A DNA stretch of 64,000 bases from an uncultured Clostridia bacterium (GTDB lineage Bacteria > Bacillota > Clostridia > Christensenellales > UBA1242), in NCBI GenBank assembly GCA_948442695.1, contig CAOJSF010000002.1, forward strand, positions 132,254 through 196,253, read 5' to 3'. Under the pieces are notes generated by a model that was given only the letters and a program-made list of their open reading frames with translations, was not told the DNA's origin and made no database searches. Made by a program: the position numbers and the translations under genes. Position 1 is the first letter of the stretch. Every line of letters starts with the position of its first letter. Shown piece after piece: positions 9,337 through 17,857 of this stretch.

Positions 9337-12300
9337 ATGAAAACAATTATTACTGATTCTTGCTCTGCAGTTGGCAGTGTCGCATACAAATTATCTCAAG
9401 TCATTCCTATCTACCCTATCACACCATCAAGCCCTATGGCAGAACACGCTTCGGCGCTTAGTAGTAAGGGACATAAAAATATATTTGGTCAAGATGTCAA
9501 AATAATAGAAATGCAATCTGAAGGTGGAGTTGCAGGTCTTTTGCATGGTGCTCTTTCTTCACATTCTCTTTCCAGCACTTTCACATCAAGCCAGGGACTT
9601 CTTCTTATGATTCCAAACATGTTTAAACTGGCTGGTGAATGTCTACCTGCTGTCATTCATGTTGCTTCAAGAACGGTCGCATCGCACGCCCTTTCTATCT
9701 TTTGTGACCACTCAGATATTATGGCAGTAAGAAGCACAGGATTCATTATGCTGGGTTCATTTTCAGTTCAAGAATCAGTCCATATGGCACTTGCATCACA
9801 TATGCTTGCACTAAAGTGTTCTCTTCCAGTCCTTCACCATTTTGACGGATTCAGAACAAGTCATGAATATCAAAAAATCAAAGTCTTTGAAGATGAAGAA
9901 ATTAAAGATTTGGTAAAGTCACTTCCACAAGATTTCATTTCATCATATCAAGACAAACAATTTGGAACTGCACAAAATCCTGATGTTTTCTTCCAAAATA
10001 GAGAGCGTAGTAGCGGAAACTATAATAGTGTTGAAGAAAATTTAAATGAAATATTAAGCCAAATAAACAAACTCACAAATTCAAACTATAAAGCATTTGA
10101 ATATGTTGGCTCACCTGACGCCGAAAATATCATAGTTGCCATGGGCTCTTCATGTGAAACAATTTCTGAATTTATTGACAAAAACAAAGATAAAAAAATC
10201 GGATTAATAAAAGTAAGACTTTATAGACCTTTCCTTTCTCATTTATTTATTGAAGCATTGCCAAAAAGCGTTAAAAATATTACAGTACTTGATAGAACAA
10301 AAGAAAACGGCTCAAAGCCACCACTCTATCTTGATATAGTATCTGCTTTAAATAACAACAAAATTTCTGTCAATACTCTATCAGGTCGATATGGCTTAGG
10401 CGGAAAGGATTTCACACCTGCTTGCGTAAAAGCAGTTTTTGACAATATAGGAAAGGAATCTTCAAAAGATGATTTCACTGTCGGAATAGAAGACGACATG
10501 TTTAATTCCTCTCTTATCGTAGAAAGCGAACCTTATCAAGATGAAAGTTTTGCAATAAAGATTTTTGGGCTAGGTTCTGACGGCTCAGTTTCAGCAAGCA
10601 AATCAACAATAAAAATTTTGGGCGAAAATTATGACAAATATGTGCAAGGCTATTTTGAATATGACTCTAAAAAATCGGGAAGTTTGACGATTTCTCACCT
10701 TAGACTTTCAGATAAAACTATAAGAAGTGAATATCTTGTAAAACATTCAAATCTTATCTCTATCAACAACTTCTCTTTCGTCACAAGATATGATTGTCTT
10801 GACGGACTAAAAGAAAATGGTGTTGTATTATTAAATACAATATTTAATAAAGAAGAAATATCAAGAGTTTTGCCAAAGAATTATGTCGAAAAACTTCAAA
10901 AAACAAATTCAAAACTTTTCGTCATTGACGGACAAAAAATCGCAAGAGATAATAATCTGGGAAGTAAAATAAATATAATCATGCAAACTGCCCTCTTTAA
11001 ATGTTCTAATTTGTTAAGCAACGAAGAAATAATTAAAAATATTTCAAAATCTATTGAAAACACTTTTGCAATAAAAGGCAAAGAAGTGATTGAAAAAAAT
11101 ATCAAAGCAATGAAAGACGCTTTGCAAGGTGCAGAAGAAGTTGATGTAAAATCGTTAATAGGAAAAGAATATAAAAAAGAAAGCAATCAAATAGATGACA
11201 AATTCTATAATGATATCATGCTTCCTATCAAAAATTTACAAGGAAATTCTATCAAAGTATCAAAGTTTGAACCTGATGGTTCAACACCACTCGCAACAAG
11301 CCAGTATGAAAAGAGAGGCATTGCATCAAGACTTCCAAACTGGATTAAAGAAAATTGTATTCAGTGTGGTCAATGCGTAATCGCCTGTCCTCATTCTGCT
11401 TTAAAGGCCATGCTTATCGACAATAAAATGGAAAAAGAAGATTTTGTCAAAGCAATCGGTCTTAATGATAAGTTGTATAAAATCTTACTATCTCCAGATG
11501 ACTGCACAGGCTGTGGTGTTTGTGCGAAAACCTGCCCTGCAATTAATAAGGCTCTCGAAATGGTTGGCACTGAAGAAGTTTATAATGACAAAGCACAAAA
11601 ATATAATGAAGAAATAAAATTAAAAAGAGAAAAACAGACTCTCTTCTCTCCTAACATGACAAAAGGACTGCAATTTAATGATAGTTTGTTTGAATTCTCT
11701 GGAGCCTGTGCTGGTTGCGGAGAAACACCTTATATCAAAATTTTGACCATGCTTAATGGAAGCAATATGATGATTGCAAATGCAACTGGTTGCTCTTCAA
11801 TCTATGGCGGAACTTTTGGTGCCTGCCCTTATGGAAAAGATGATAATGGTGGAATTTTCTGGGCAAACAGCCTCTTTGAAGACAACGCTGAATTTGGACT
11901 GGGTATAAAACTGGGAAGCCAGTTTAATGAAAAAAATAAAGGCAAAAAAGTCTGGATTGTTGGTGGAGATGGCTGGGCTGATGATATCGGATTTGGCGGT
12001 CTTGACCATGTGCTTGCAAGTGGCGAAAATGTAAATATTTTGGTGCTTGACAATCAAAGTTATTCAAACACTGGCGGTCAGGCAAGCAAGGCTACTCCAA
12101 CCGGAGCAAGCGTTAAGTTTGCAGACAGCGGAAAGAAAGTCGCAAAGAAAAATCTAGGTCAAATCGCACTTTCGTATAGAGATGTTTTTGTTGGTCAAAT
12201 CGCCCTAGGTGGAAACATGAACCACGCAATCAAAACTTTAAACGAAGCACAAGAATATGAAGGCGTAAGCATTGTAATTGCCTATGCACCATGCATAAAT

Positions 12301-12567
12301 CAAGGCTTTGAACTTTCTGACATGATGCAAGAGACCAAAAAGGCAGTTGATTGTGGATTCTGGCCATTATATAAATATGACCCTGCCCTTGACAAACTAG
12401 AACTTTCAAGCAACATGAACAGTGACATTTATTTTGATTTCCTTAAAGGCGAAAGAAGATTTCAAATAACCATGGAAAAAGGCAAACAAGAATTATTAGA
12501 CAAACAAAAAAATCAAGCCATTTATGAATATGAAAGACTTGAAAATAAATCAAAAAATAATAAATAA
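9337..12567 (+). CDS. nifJ: Pyruvate:ferredoxin (flavodoxin) oxidoreductase
   Basis: 1076 aa. Two ferredoxin-type clusters (CIQCGQCVIACP, CTGCGVCAKTCP). TPP-binding region GGDGWADDIGFGGLDH...LDNQSYSNTGGQ. N-terminal IYPITPSS motif. Confidence 0.9.
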   Translation: MKTIITDSCSAVGSVAYKLSQVIPIYPITPSSPMAEHASALSSKGHKNIFGQDVKIIEMQSEGGVAGLLHGALSSHSLSSTFTSSQGLLLMIPNMFKLAGECLPAVIHVASRTVASHALSIFCDHSDIMAVRSTGFIMLGSFSVQESVHMALASHMLALKCSLPVLHHFDGFRTSHEYQKIKVFEDEEIKDLVKSLPQDFISSYQDKQFGTAQNPDVFFQNRERSSGNYNSVEENLNEILSQINKLTNSNYKAFEYVGSPDAENIIVAMGSSCETISEFIDKNKDKKIGLIKVRLYRPFLSHLFIEALPKSVKNITVLDRTKENGSKPPLYLDIVSALNNNKISVNTLSGRYGLGGKDFTPACVKAVFDNIGKESSKDDFTVGIEDDMFNSSLIVESEPYQDESFAIKIFGLGSDGSVSASKSTIKILGENYDKYVQGYFEYDSKKSGSLTISHLRLSDKTIRSEYLVKHSNLISINNFSFVTRYDCLDGLKENGVVLLNTIFNKEEISRVLPKNYVEKLQKTNSKLFVIDGQKIARDNNLGSKINIIMQTALFKCSNLLSNEEIIKNISKSIENTFAIKGKEVIEKNIKAMKDALQGAEEVDVKSLIGKEYKKESNQIDDKFYNDIMLPIKNLQGNSIKVSKFEPDGSTPLATSQYEKRGIASRLPNWIKENCIQCGQCVIACPHSALKAMLIDNKMEKEDFVKAIGLNDKLYKILLSPDDCTGCGVCAKTCPAINKALEMVGTEEVYNDKAQKYNEEIKLKREKQTLFSPNMTKGLQFNDSLFEFSGACAGCGETPYIKILTMLNGSNMMIANATGCSSIYGGTFGACPYGKDDNGGIFWANSLFEDNAEFGLGIKLGSQFNEKNKGKKVWIVGGDGWADDIGFGGLDHVLASGENVNILVLDNQSYSNTGGQASKATPTGASVKFADSGKKVAKKNLGQIALSYRDVFVGQIALGGNMNHAIKTLNEAQEYEGVSIVIAYAPCINQGFELSDMMQETKKAVDCGFWPLYKYDPALDKLELSSNMNSDIYFDFLKGERRFQITMEKGKQELLDKQKNQAIYEYERLENKSKNNK

Positions 12568-12577
12568 TAATTTTTCT

Positions 12578-12611
12578 AAAAAAAAATCCATAATTAATAT
12601 GGATTTTTTTA
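12578..12611 (+). terminator. Rho-independent terminator after nifJ
   Basis: Hairpin ATCCATA-attaa-TATGGAT followed by T7. Confidence 0.65.
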
Positions 12612-12764
12612 TTTTTTTAATTAATTTAATCAATCATTATTATTTTTTAATGACTTTATTTATCTATTTTATCTTTATTTTTTATTGATTTTTATATTTT
12701 AAAGATATTTTTTAATTAATTTTAATAATATTTTTTATTATTTTTTAATTTAATTATTAATTTT

Positions 12765-13379
12765 TTATATTTCTATATCAAAATTCTCATAATCCTTTAA
12801 ATCTTTAATTTTTAAAATATACTTATTGGAATATAGACGACGGATTGTATCACCAAACATTTCGTATTGTTCTTCTGTTGCAATCGCAATTTCTCCACCA
12901 ACATACTTAAGATTGCCTAAGTCTTCTAATTTTGAATTTTTATCCAAAATCAAATTTCCGCCTATATATTCAAGCGAGCCTAAACTTTTAATGGCAGAAC
13001 TTCTTAAGTCTAAATGCCCTGAAACTTTTTTGAGATTGTTTCCTAAAGATTCTATAGTATCACATAGAAAAGCGACAAGACTTCCGCCAACCGCTTTCAA
13101 TTCTCCTAAATCAACAATACTCAATTTTAAAAGAAACAAATCGTCGCCTATATATTTTATTGACCCTAAACTTTAAATTTTATTATTATAAGATAAATTT
13201 GTTTCGCCAGAAATATATTCGATATTTTTAATTATAGAATTATGATAGTTTGAAAAAGTTACATCTGCAAAAATATATTTATAGGCATATTTATATTCAA
13301 GAATTAATGGATTATTGCTTATAAAAGTATCTTCAGACTGGTAATTTTTTTGAGTTTTATTTGACAATTTTTTAGCCAT
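12765..13379 (-). pseudogene. LRR-like paralog family member interrupted by one in-frame TAA
   Basis: ORFs 13173-13379 and 12765-13139 are in the same frame. The only interruption is a TAA at 13170-13172 (...NNKI*SLGSIKYIGDDLFLLKLS...). The downstream part shares the family repeats and tail (LGNLKYVGGEIAIATEEQYEMFGD). Confidence 0.65.
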
Positions 13380-13456
13380 ATATATTTTAAAATCATCATA
13401 TTTTGTTTCGTCTATATCTATTTTCTTCTTTTCCTCTATTTATAAATAATTTAAAA

Positions 13457-14119
13457 CTACATTATGTTTTCAATTTGTTCAAAACCAAATTCGAATTCAT
13501 TTCTGAAATAATAACCATCAACTTTTCCAGCATAAAATTTATCACCAAAGAGTTGTCGCAAAGATTCATCAATTTCAATCTTCCCACCGACAAATTTAAG
13601 TTTGCCTATATCTTTCAATTTTGGACAATCTTTTATTATCAAATCTCCATGCACGAATTCAAGATCGCCTAAAGATTCAATATCTGAATTGCGAATTTCT
13701 AAATTGCCATTTATTCTTTTTAAATTCTTTAAAGACCTTAATGATTCGTTATGCAAAACAGAGCAATTCTCCACCTCTTTTAATTCCCCTAAATCAGACA
13801 ACTTTGAACCAGCCAATGAGAAATTTCCTTTTACATATTTAAGCCCGCCTAAAGATTGCAATGAGTTATTATAAAATATAATAAACTTGCCATAAACAAA
13901 TTCTAAGTCAAATACACTTCTTATAATAGAATTTTCATAAAGAGAATTGATATTTACATCCCCAAAAACAAATTTATATTGCATAATTTCATTCAAAGAA
14001 ATCTCTTTACCAACAAAAATATCTTCAGGCTTATATGTCTTGCCAGTTTCATAGGTCAATTTATTTGCCATATACTCTTTAAACTCTTCATATTTTGCTG
14101 AATCTATGTTATGCTTCAT
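13457..14119 (-). CDS. Cytoplasmic LRR-like repeat protein, tandem paralog family
   Basis: 220 aa with AGGAGA RBS. Conserved N-terminus MKHNIDSAKYEEFKEYMANK. Repeats of about 22 aa follow the pattern L.SLG.L.Y..G.L.I. No signal peptide. Confidence 0.7.
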   Translation of the reverse strand: MKHNIDSAKYEEFKEYMANKLTYETGKTYKPEDIFVGKEISLNEIMQYKFVFGDVNINSLYENSIIRSVFDLEFVYGKFIIFYNNSLQSLGGLKYVKGNFSLAGSKLSDLGELKEVENCSVLHNESLRSLKNLKRINGNLEIRNSDIESLGDLEFVHGDLIIKDCPKLKDIGKLKFVGGKIEIDESLRQLFGDKFYAGKVDGYYFRNEFEFGFEQIENIM

Positions 14120-14169
14120 GCTTTCTCCTGTCTAAAAATTAAAATAATCAATACCATTTGTTTTCAGTT

Positions 14170-14330
14170 AAAATAAACAACTATATTTCAAATTCTTGAT
14201 CTTTAGCAATTTCATTTCTGAAATAATAATGCTGTCCGTCTTTATAAACTTTGTCTCCAAATATCTCTGCCTGTTCATCAGACATGATGATAAATCCGCC
14301 AACATACTTAAGGTTTCCTATATCTTTCAA
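14170..14330. repeat. 161-bp tract identical to 14914-15074
   Basis: Matches at 161/161 bases, checked base by base, with an offset of 744 bp. It covers the 3' ends and stop regions of two adjacent paralogs. Confidence 0.95.
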
Positions 14331-14864
14331 CTTGCAACCTTTCAAATTTATTCCTCCGCCGACATATTCAATACTTCCTAAACTTTCAACATCAGAATAC
14401 TCAATGAGCAAATTTTTCTTAATTTTTTTCAAATTATTTCCTAAATATTTCAAAGAATGATTTTTTTTAATTATAAGATTTTCTCCTATTTCTTTTAATT
14501 CACCAAAATTTTTCAATTTTGAGGATTTAATTAATAGACGACCACCTATATAATTTAAACTTCCCAACGATTCAAGATTTTGATTGTTAAAATTTTTAAA
14601 ATCACCACTTATATATTGAAGATTCTCTATATCTTTTTTAGTGTAAATATATTTTTCAGAATCGCCTCTATCGCCTATTGATACATCGCCAAAAATAAAC
14701 TTATATTCTTCTTCATTTGTTAGCAGAATTTCATATTGTATCTTATCTTCATCTGCAACAAAAATTTGATTAGGATAACAAGGAATCCCTGTCTCTTTCG
14801 TCACTTTTTCTGACAAATATTCTTTGAATTCATTAAATTTTTCTTGTTTTATGTTATGCTTCAT
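14181..14864 (-). CDS. Cytoplasmic LRR-like repeat protein, tandem paralog family
   Basis: 227 aa starting from ATG 14864 (MKHNIKQEKFNEFKEY), preceded by AGGAGA. The C-terminal 50 aa are identical to those of the next paralog. Confidence 0.7.
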   Translation of the reverse strand: MKHNIKQEKFNEFKEYLSEKVTKETGIPCYPNQIFVADEDKIQYEILLTNEEEYKFIFGDVSIGDRGDSEKYIYTKKDIENLQYISGDFKNFNNQNLESLGSLNYIGGRLLIKSSKLKNFGELKEIGENLIIKKNHSLKYLGNNLKKIKKNLLIEYSDVESLGSIEYVGGGINLKGCKLKDIGNLKYVGGFIIMSDEQAEIFGDKVYKDGQHYYFRNEIAKDQEFEI

Positions 14865-14913
14865 ACTTTCTCCTGTATTGAAATTAAAATAATCAACACC
14901 ATTTGTTGTCAGC

Positions 14914-15074
14914 AAAATAAACAACTATATTTCAAATTCTTGATCTTTAGCAATTTCATTTCTGAAATAATAATGCTGTCCGTCTTTATAAACTTTGTCT
15001 CCAAATATCTCTGCCTGTTCATCAGACATGATGATAAATCCGCCAACATACTTAAGGTTTCCTATATCTTTCAA
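14914..15074. repeat. 161-bp tract identical to 14170-14330
   Basis: Second copy of the identical tract. See the entry for 14170-14330. Confidence 0.95.
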
Positions 15075-15608
15075 ATTACATCCTCGCAAACTTATACTTC
15101 CACCGATATACTCCAAACTTCCCAAACTTTCAACATCTGAATTATCAATAAGTAAGTCTTCTCCTATTTTTTTTAATTTAGTCCCTAACGTTTTTATAGA
15201 ATGGTCTTGCTCTATATTCAAATTTACACCAACCTCTCTTAAATCACCAAAATCTTTCAATTTTGAATTAAAACCTGTTATAATTAAATTTTGATCAATA
15301 TACTTTATACTTCCCAGTGATTCAAGTGTAAGATTGCTATGATTATTAGTGACAAGATCACCGATTATATACTCTAAATGTTCTATAACATTCTTTTTAA
15401 AAAGCACCTGTTCTCCAGGCCATCCATCAATCCTAACATTACCAAAAATAAATTTATATTTATCTTCATCTTTGAGATTCATGTAAAAACCTTTTTCAGT
15501 GATAAAAATATCTTCAGGCAGGAAAACTTTACCAGTCTCTGATGACATCTTTTTTGCCATATATTCTTTAAACTCTTCAAACTGTTCTGGCTTTAAATCA
15601 AATTTCAT
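14925..15608 (-). CDS. Cytoplasmic LRR-like repeat protein, tandem paralog family
   Basis: 227 aa starting from ATG 15608 (MKFDLKPEQFEEFKEY), preceded by GGAGA. Same repeat architecture as the other family members. Confidence 0.7.
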   Translation of the reverse strand: MKFDLKPEQFEEFKEYMAKKMSSETGKVFLPEDIFITEKGFYMNLKDEDKYKFIFGNVRIDGWPGEQVLFKKNVIEHLEYIIGDLVTNNHSNLTLESLGSIKYIDQNLIITGFNSKLKDFGDLREVGVNLNIEQDHSIKTLGTKLKKIGEDLLIDNSDVESLGSLEYIGGSISLRGCNLKDIGNLKYVGGFIIMSDEQAEIFGDKVYKDGQHYYFRNEIAKDQEFEI

Positions 15609-15737
15609 ATTTTTCTCCACTTATATTTTATCATAATCATTAATTATAGTCAATATTAAAATATCAAAACGTTGCAATTTAAAAAACAAATGCTAATTCA
15701 CACAACAAAAGAGATAATATTCCATTCTTTTTTACCT

Positions 15738-15795
15738 TAAAAAAAAGACACATAAGAACAACACTCTTTACATTTGTGTTATTCCTCTAGTGTCT
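15738..15795 (-). terminator. Probable terminator after the alpha/beta hydrolase gene
   Basis: On the minus strand, AGACAC...GTGTCT closes an imperfect hairpin followed by T8. Confidence 0.4.
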
Positions 15796-15813
15796 AAAGA
15801 AAATGTGCTTTCA

Positions 15814-16734
15814 TTACATATTAAATTTTGATAAAAATCCGCCGAGTACCATTTCATATTCCCTCTCATTTTCTCTATAAGAGCCAACATGACCAGAACC
15901 ACTGCCTATATAAACACTTCTACGCATTTCTGGAACTTGTGAGGAAAGATTGTAAACCATTTCAGTTGGCACCACCCCATCGCTGTCACCATGAATAAAC
16001 ATCATAGGAATTTTTGAAGACTTTACCTTCGCAATTATATCAATTTTTTTCAGATCCAACTCCTGTGTTTTCTTTGTGTAGTTGTAAAAGATTTGATAAA
16101 ATAATTTTGACAATATTTTATGTTGCAAAAACATATATCGAAGTTCTTTATCTGCATTGTCATAACCGCTGTCCTCAACAGCAATGACGACATTATTTGG
16201 CAGATTTTCACCGCAGGCATAACAAACAGTGCTTGCCCCCATTGAAACGCCAAATAAAAGAATCTTATAATTTGGCTTTATTTCAAGCATTTTGTTTATC
16301 CAAAGAAGCAAATCCTGGCATTCTTTTTTGCCCATAGTGATATCTCGTCCATCACTGTCACCATGACTACGCTGGTCAATAGCAAGAATATCATAACCTC
16401 TTTTAATAAAATATTTAGCATATTTTTTTACATGAGTATGGTTTCCACCATAACCGTGCAGTAAAATCGCAAGCCTGCCACAATTATTGTCTTTATAAAA
16501 ACCACAGAGATTTAAATCATCTTCACTTTTTATATTAATTTTTTGAAAATCTTGTTCAAAAATCTTACATTCTTCATCGCAATCAAAATATTTAACTATT
16601 TTTTTAAGCATTCTTCCCTTTCTTGTCAGGATCAACCTATAAAGTGTATTTCCGATTATTAGATAAAGAGCAAGACCTAACAACATAAATATTAATAGGG
16701 ATAAACAAATATACAAAAAAACATTCATGAGCAA
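15814..16734 (-). CDS. Membrane-anchored alpha/beta hydrolase (serine hydrolase)
   Basis: N-terminal TM helix. HGYGGN oxyanion region, nucleophile elbow GVSMGAS, and a downstream HGDSD motif. Confidence 0.75.
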   Translation of the reverse strand: MLMNVFLYICLSLLIFMLLGLALYLIIGNTLYRLILTRKGRMLKKIVKYFDCDEECKIFEQDFQKINIKSEDDLNLCGFYKDNNCGRLAILLHGYGGNHTHVKKYAKYFIKRGYDILAIDQRSHGDSDGRDITMGKKECQDLLLWINKMLEIKPNYKILLFGVSMGASTVCYACGENLPNNVVIAVEDSGYDNADKELRYMFLQHKILSKLFYQIFYNYTKKTQELDLKKIDIIAKVKSSKIPMMFIHGDSDGVVPTEMVYNLSSQVPEMRRSVYIGSGSGHVGSYRENEREYEMVLGGFLSKFNM

Positions 16735-16739
16735 TCCTT

Positions 16740-17705
16740 TTAAATCATAACCGCTTTTACACTTTCTCCGCTGTCTGCATCTTGATATGAAAGCCAGTAG
16801 CCAAATCCTTGAGATTTTTCTTCATCTAGCGGAAACCAAACTGGATAGCCAGAAAGTTCTCTAGGTGCATTTTTTTGATAAACACCTGGCACTCCATAAC
16901 AAATATAAAGAAGTTTGTCTTCATCATAAATAAGCCCCAAAACATAGAAGTTTCCATTGTCATCAATGCTTACCTTAACAAATTTGGAATTTGGCAAAAG
17001 TTTTTCCAAATATTCTTCGCTCGGATTGCTTGCAAAAAGTTTGTCTATTTGTGGCTTAAGTTGTTCATAAAAATTAATTTCTGTTTCCTGCTCTTCCTCA
17101 TTATCTTCAAGTGAATCAACAAGATTTTGATGTTCCTTTGATGACAATTCTAATTTTTGTGTTTGAGAGTTTTCTAAATAAAACTTTTTATAAACGCAGT
17201 TTTCACAATCTCCACATTCATTTCTCTCTTCGCTTGCCATACATTTGTCAATTTCCGTTTCAATCTCACTTTTAAGTTCATCATCAAAGTCGACACCAAA
17301 CTTATCGAGTGTAGATTCAACTTCTTCTACATTTTTTGATTCTTTCAAATCCTCAATCACCTGATTAAAAATTTCCTCTTTGTCAGAATAACCATCACCT
17401 TTACCATAGAGTATAGGACTAGGCTCGCCATTAACAAAATTAATCACTGCACATGAAAAATCATCAGTTATGTTATCTGACTGACAAGCAAAAGTATAAA
17501 GCATTTGAGAACTTCTTATCAGACCTGCTTTTACAACATTTCCTCCATAATATAAACCTAAACTTATAATACCTTTTGGCTCAACTCCAAAGTTGTAGAG
17601 TCTAAGCCTTCCTTTTGCCATTTTCCCGTCACATTCTAAAGTCAGCACCGCCTTTTGTGAACTATTATTGACACCACTAAGCACAATATTTTTCTTACTA
17701 AACAT
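16740..17705 (-). CDS. Conserved hypothetical protein, acidic with a Cys cluster
   Basis: ATG at 17705 is preceded by GAGGTGA. Contains CGDCENC and a C-terminal YICYGVPG...GYWLSYQDADSGE region. No family recognised. Confidence 0.5.
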   Translation of the reverse strand: MFSKKNIVLSGVNNSSQKAVLTLECDGKMAKGRLRLYNFGVEPKGIISLGLYYGGNVVKAGLIRSSQMLYTFACQSDNITDDFSCAVINFVNGEPSPILYGKGDGYSDKEEIFNQVIEDLKESKNVEEVESTLDKFGVDFDDELKSEIETEIDKCMASEERNECGDCENCVYKKFYLENSQTQKLELSSKEHQNLVDSLEDNEEEQETEINFYEQLKPQIDKLFASNPSEEYLEKLLPNSKFVKVSIDDNGNFYVLGLIYDEDKLLYICYGVPGVYQKNAPRELSGYPVWFPLDEEKSQGFGYWLSYQDADSGESVKAVMI

Positions 17706-17857
17706 AAAAATCACCTCTTAATATATTATACTAAGAGATGATTTTTGATGAATTTATTATTATGTCGTGAAAGAGATTTTTTTGTCTAAAAAAATCGAAA
17801 TTTTATTATGAGATGTATTAGATTACAAATCAAAAATATTTTCAACTAAAAACTACA

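Noticed and set aside
12826-15294. Plus-strand ORFs antisense to the LRR-like paralogs (12826-13176, 13403-13672, 13602-13874, 14196-14460 and 14844-15294)
   Set aside because: They repeat between copies only because the underlying minus-strand genes are paralogs. They have no RBS, and the minus-strand frames have RBS and family conservation.
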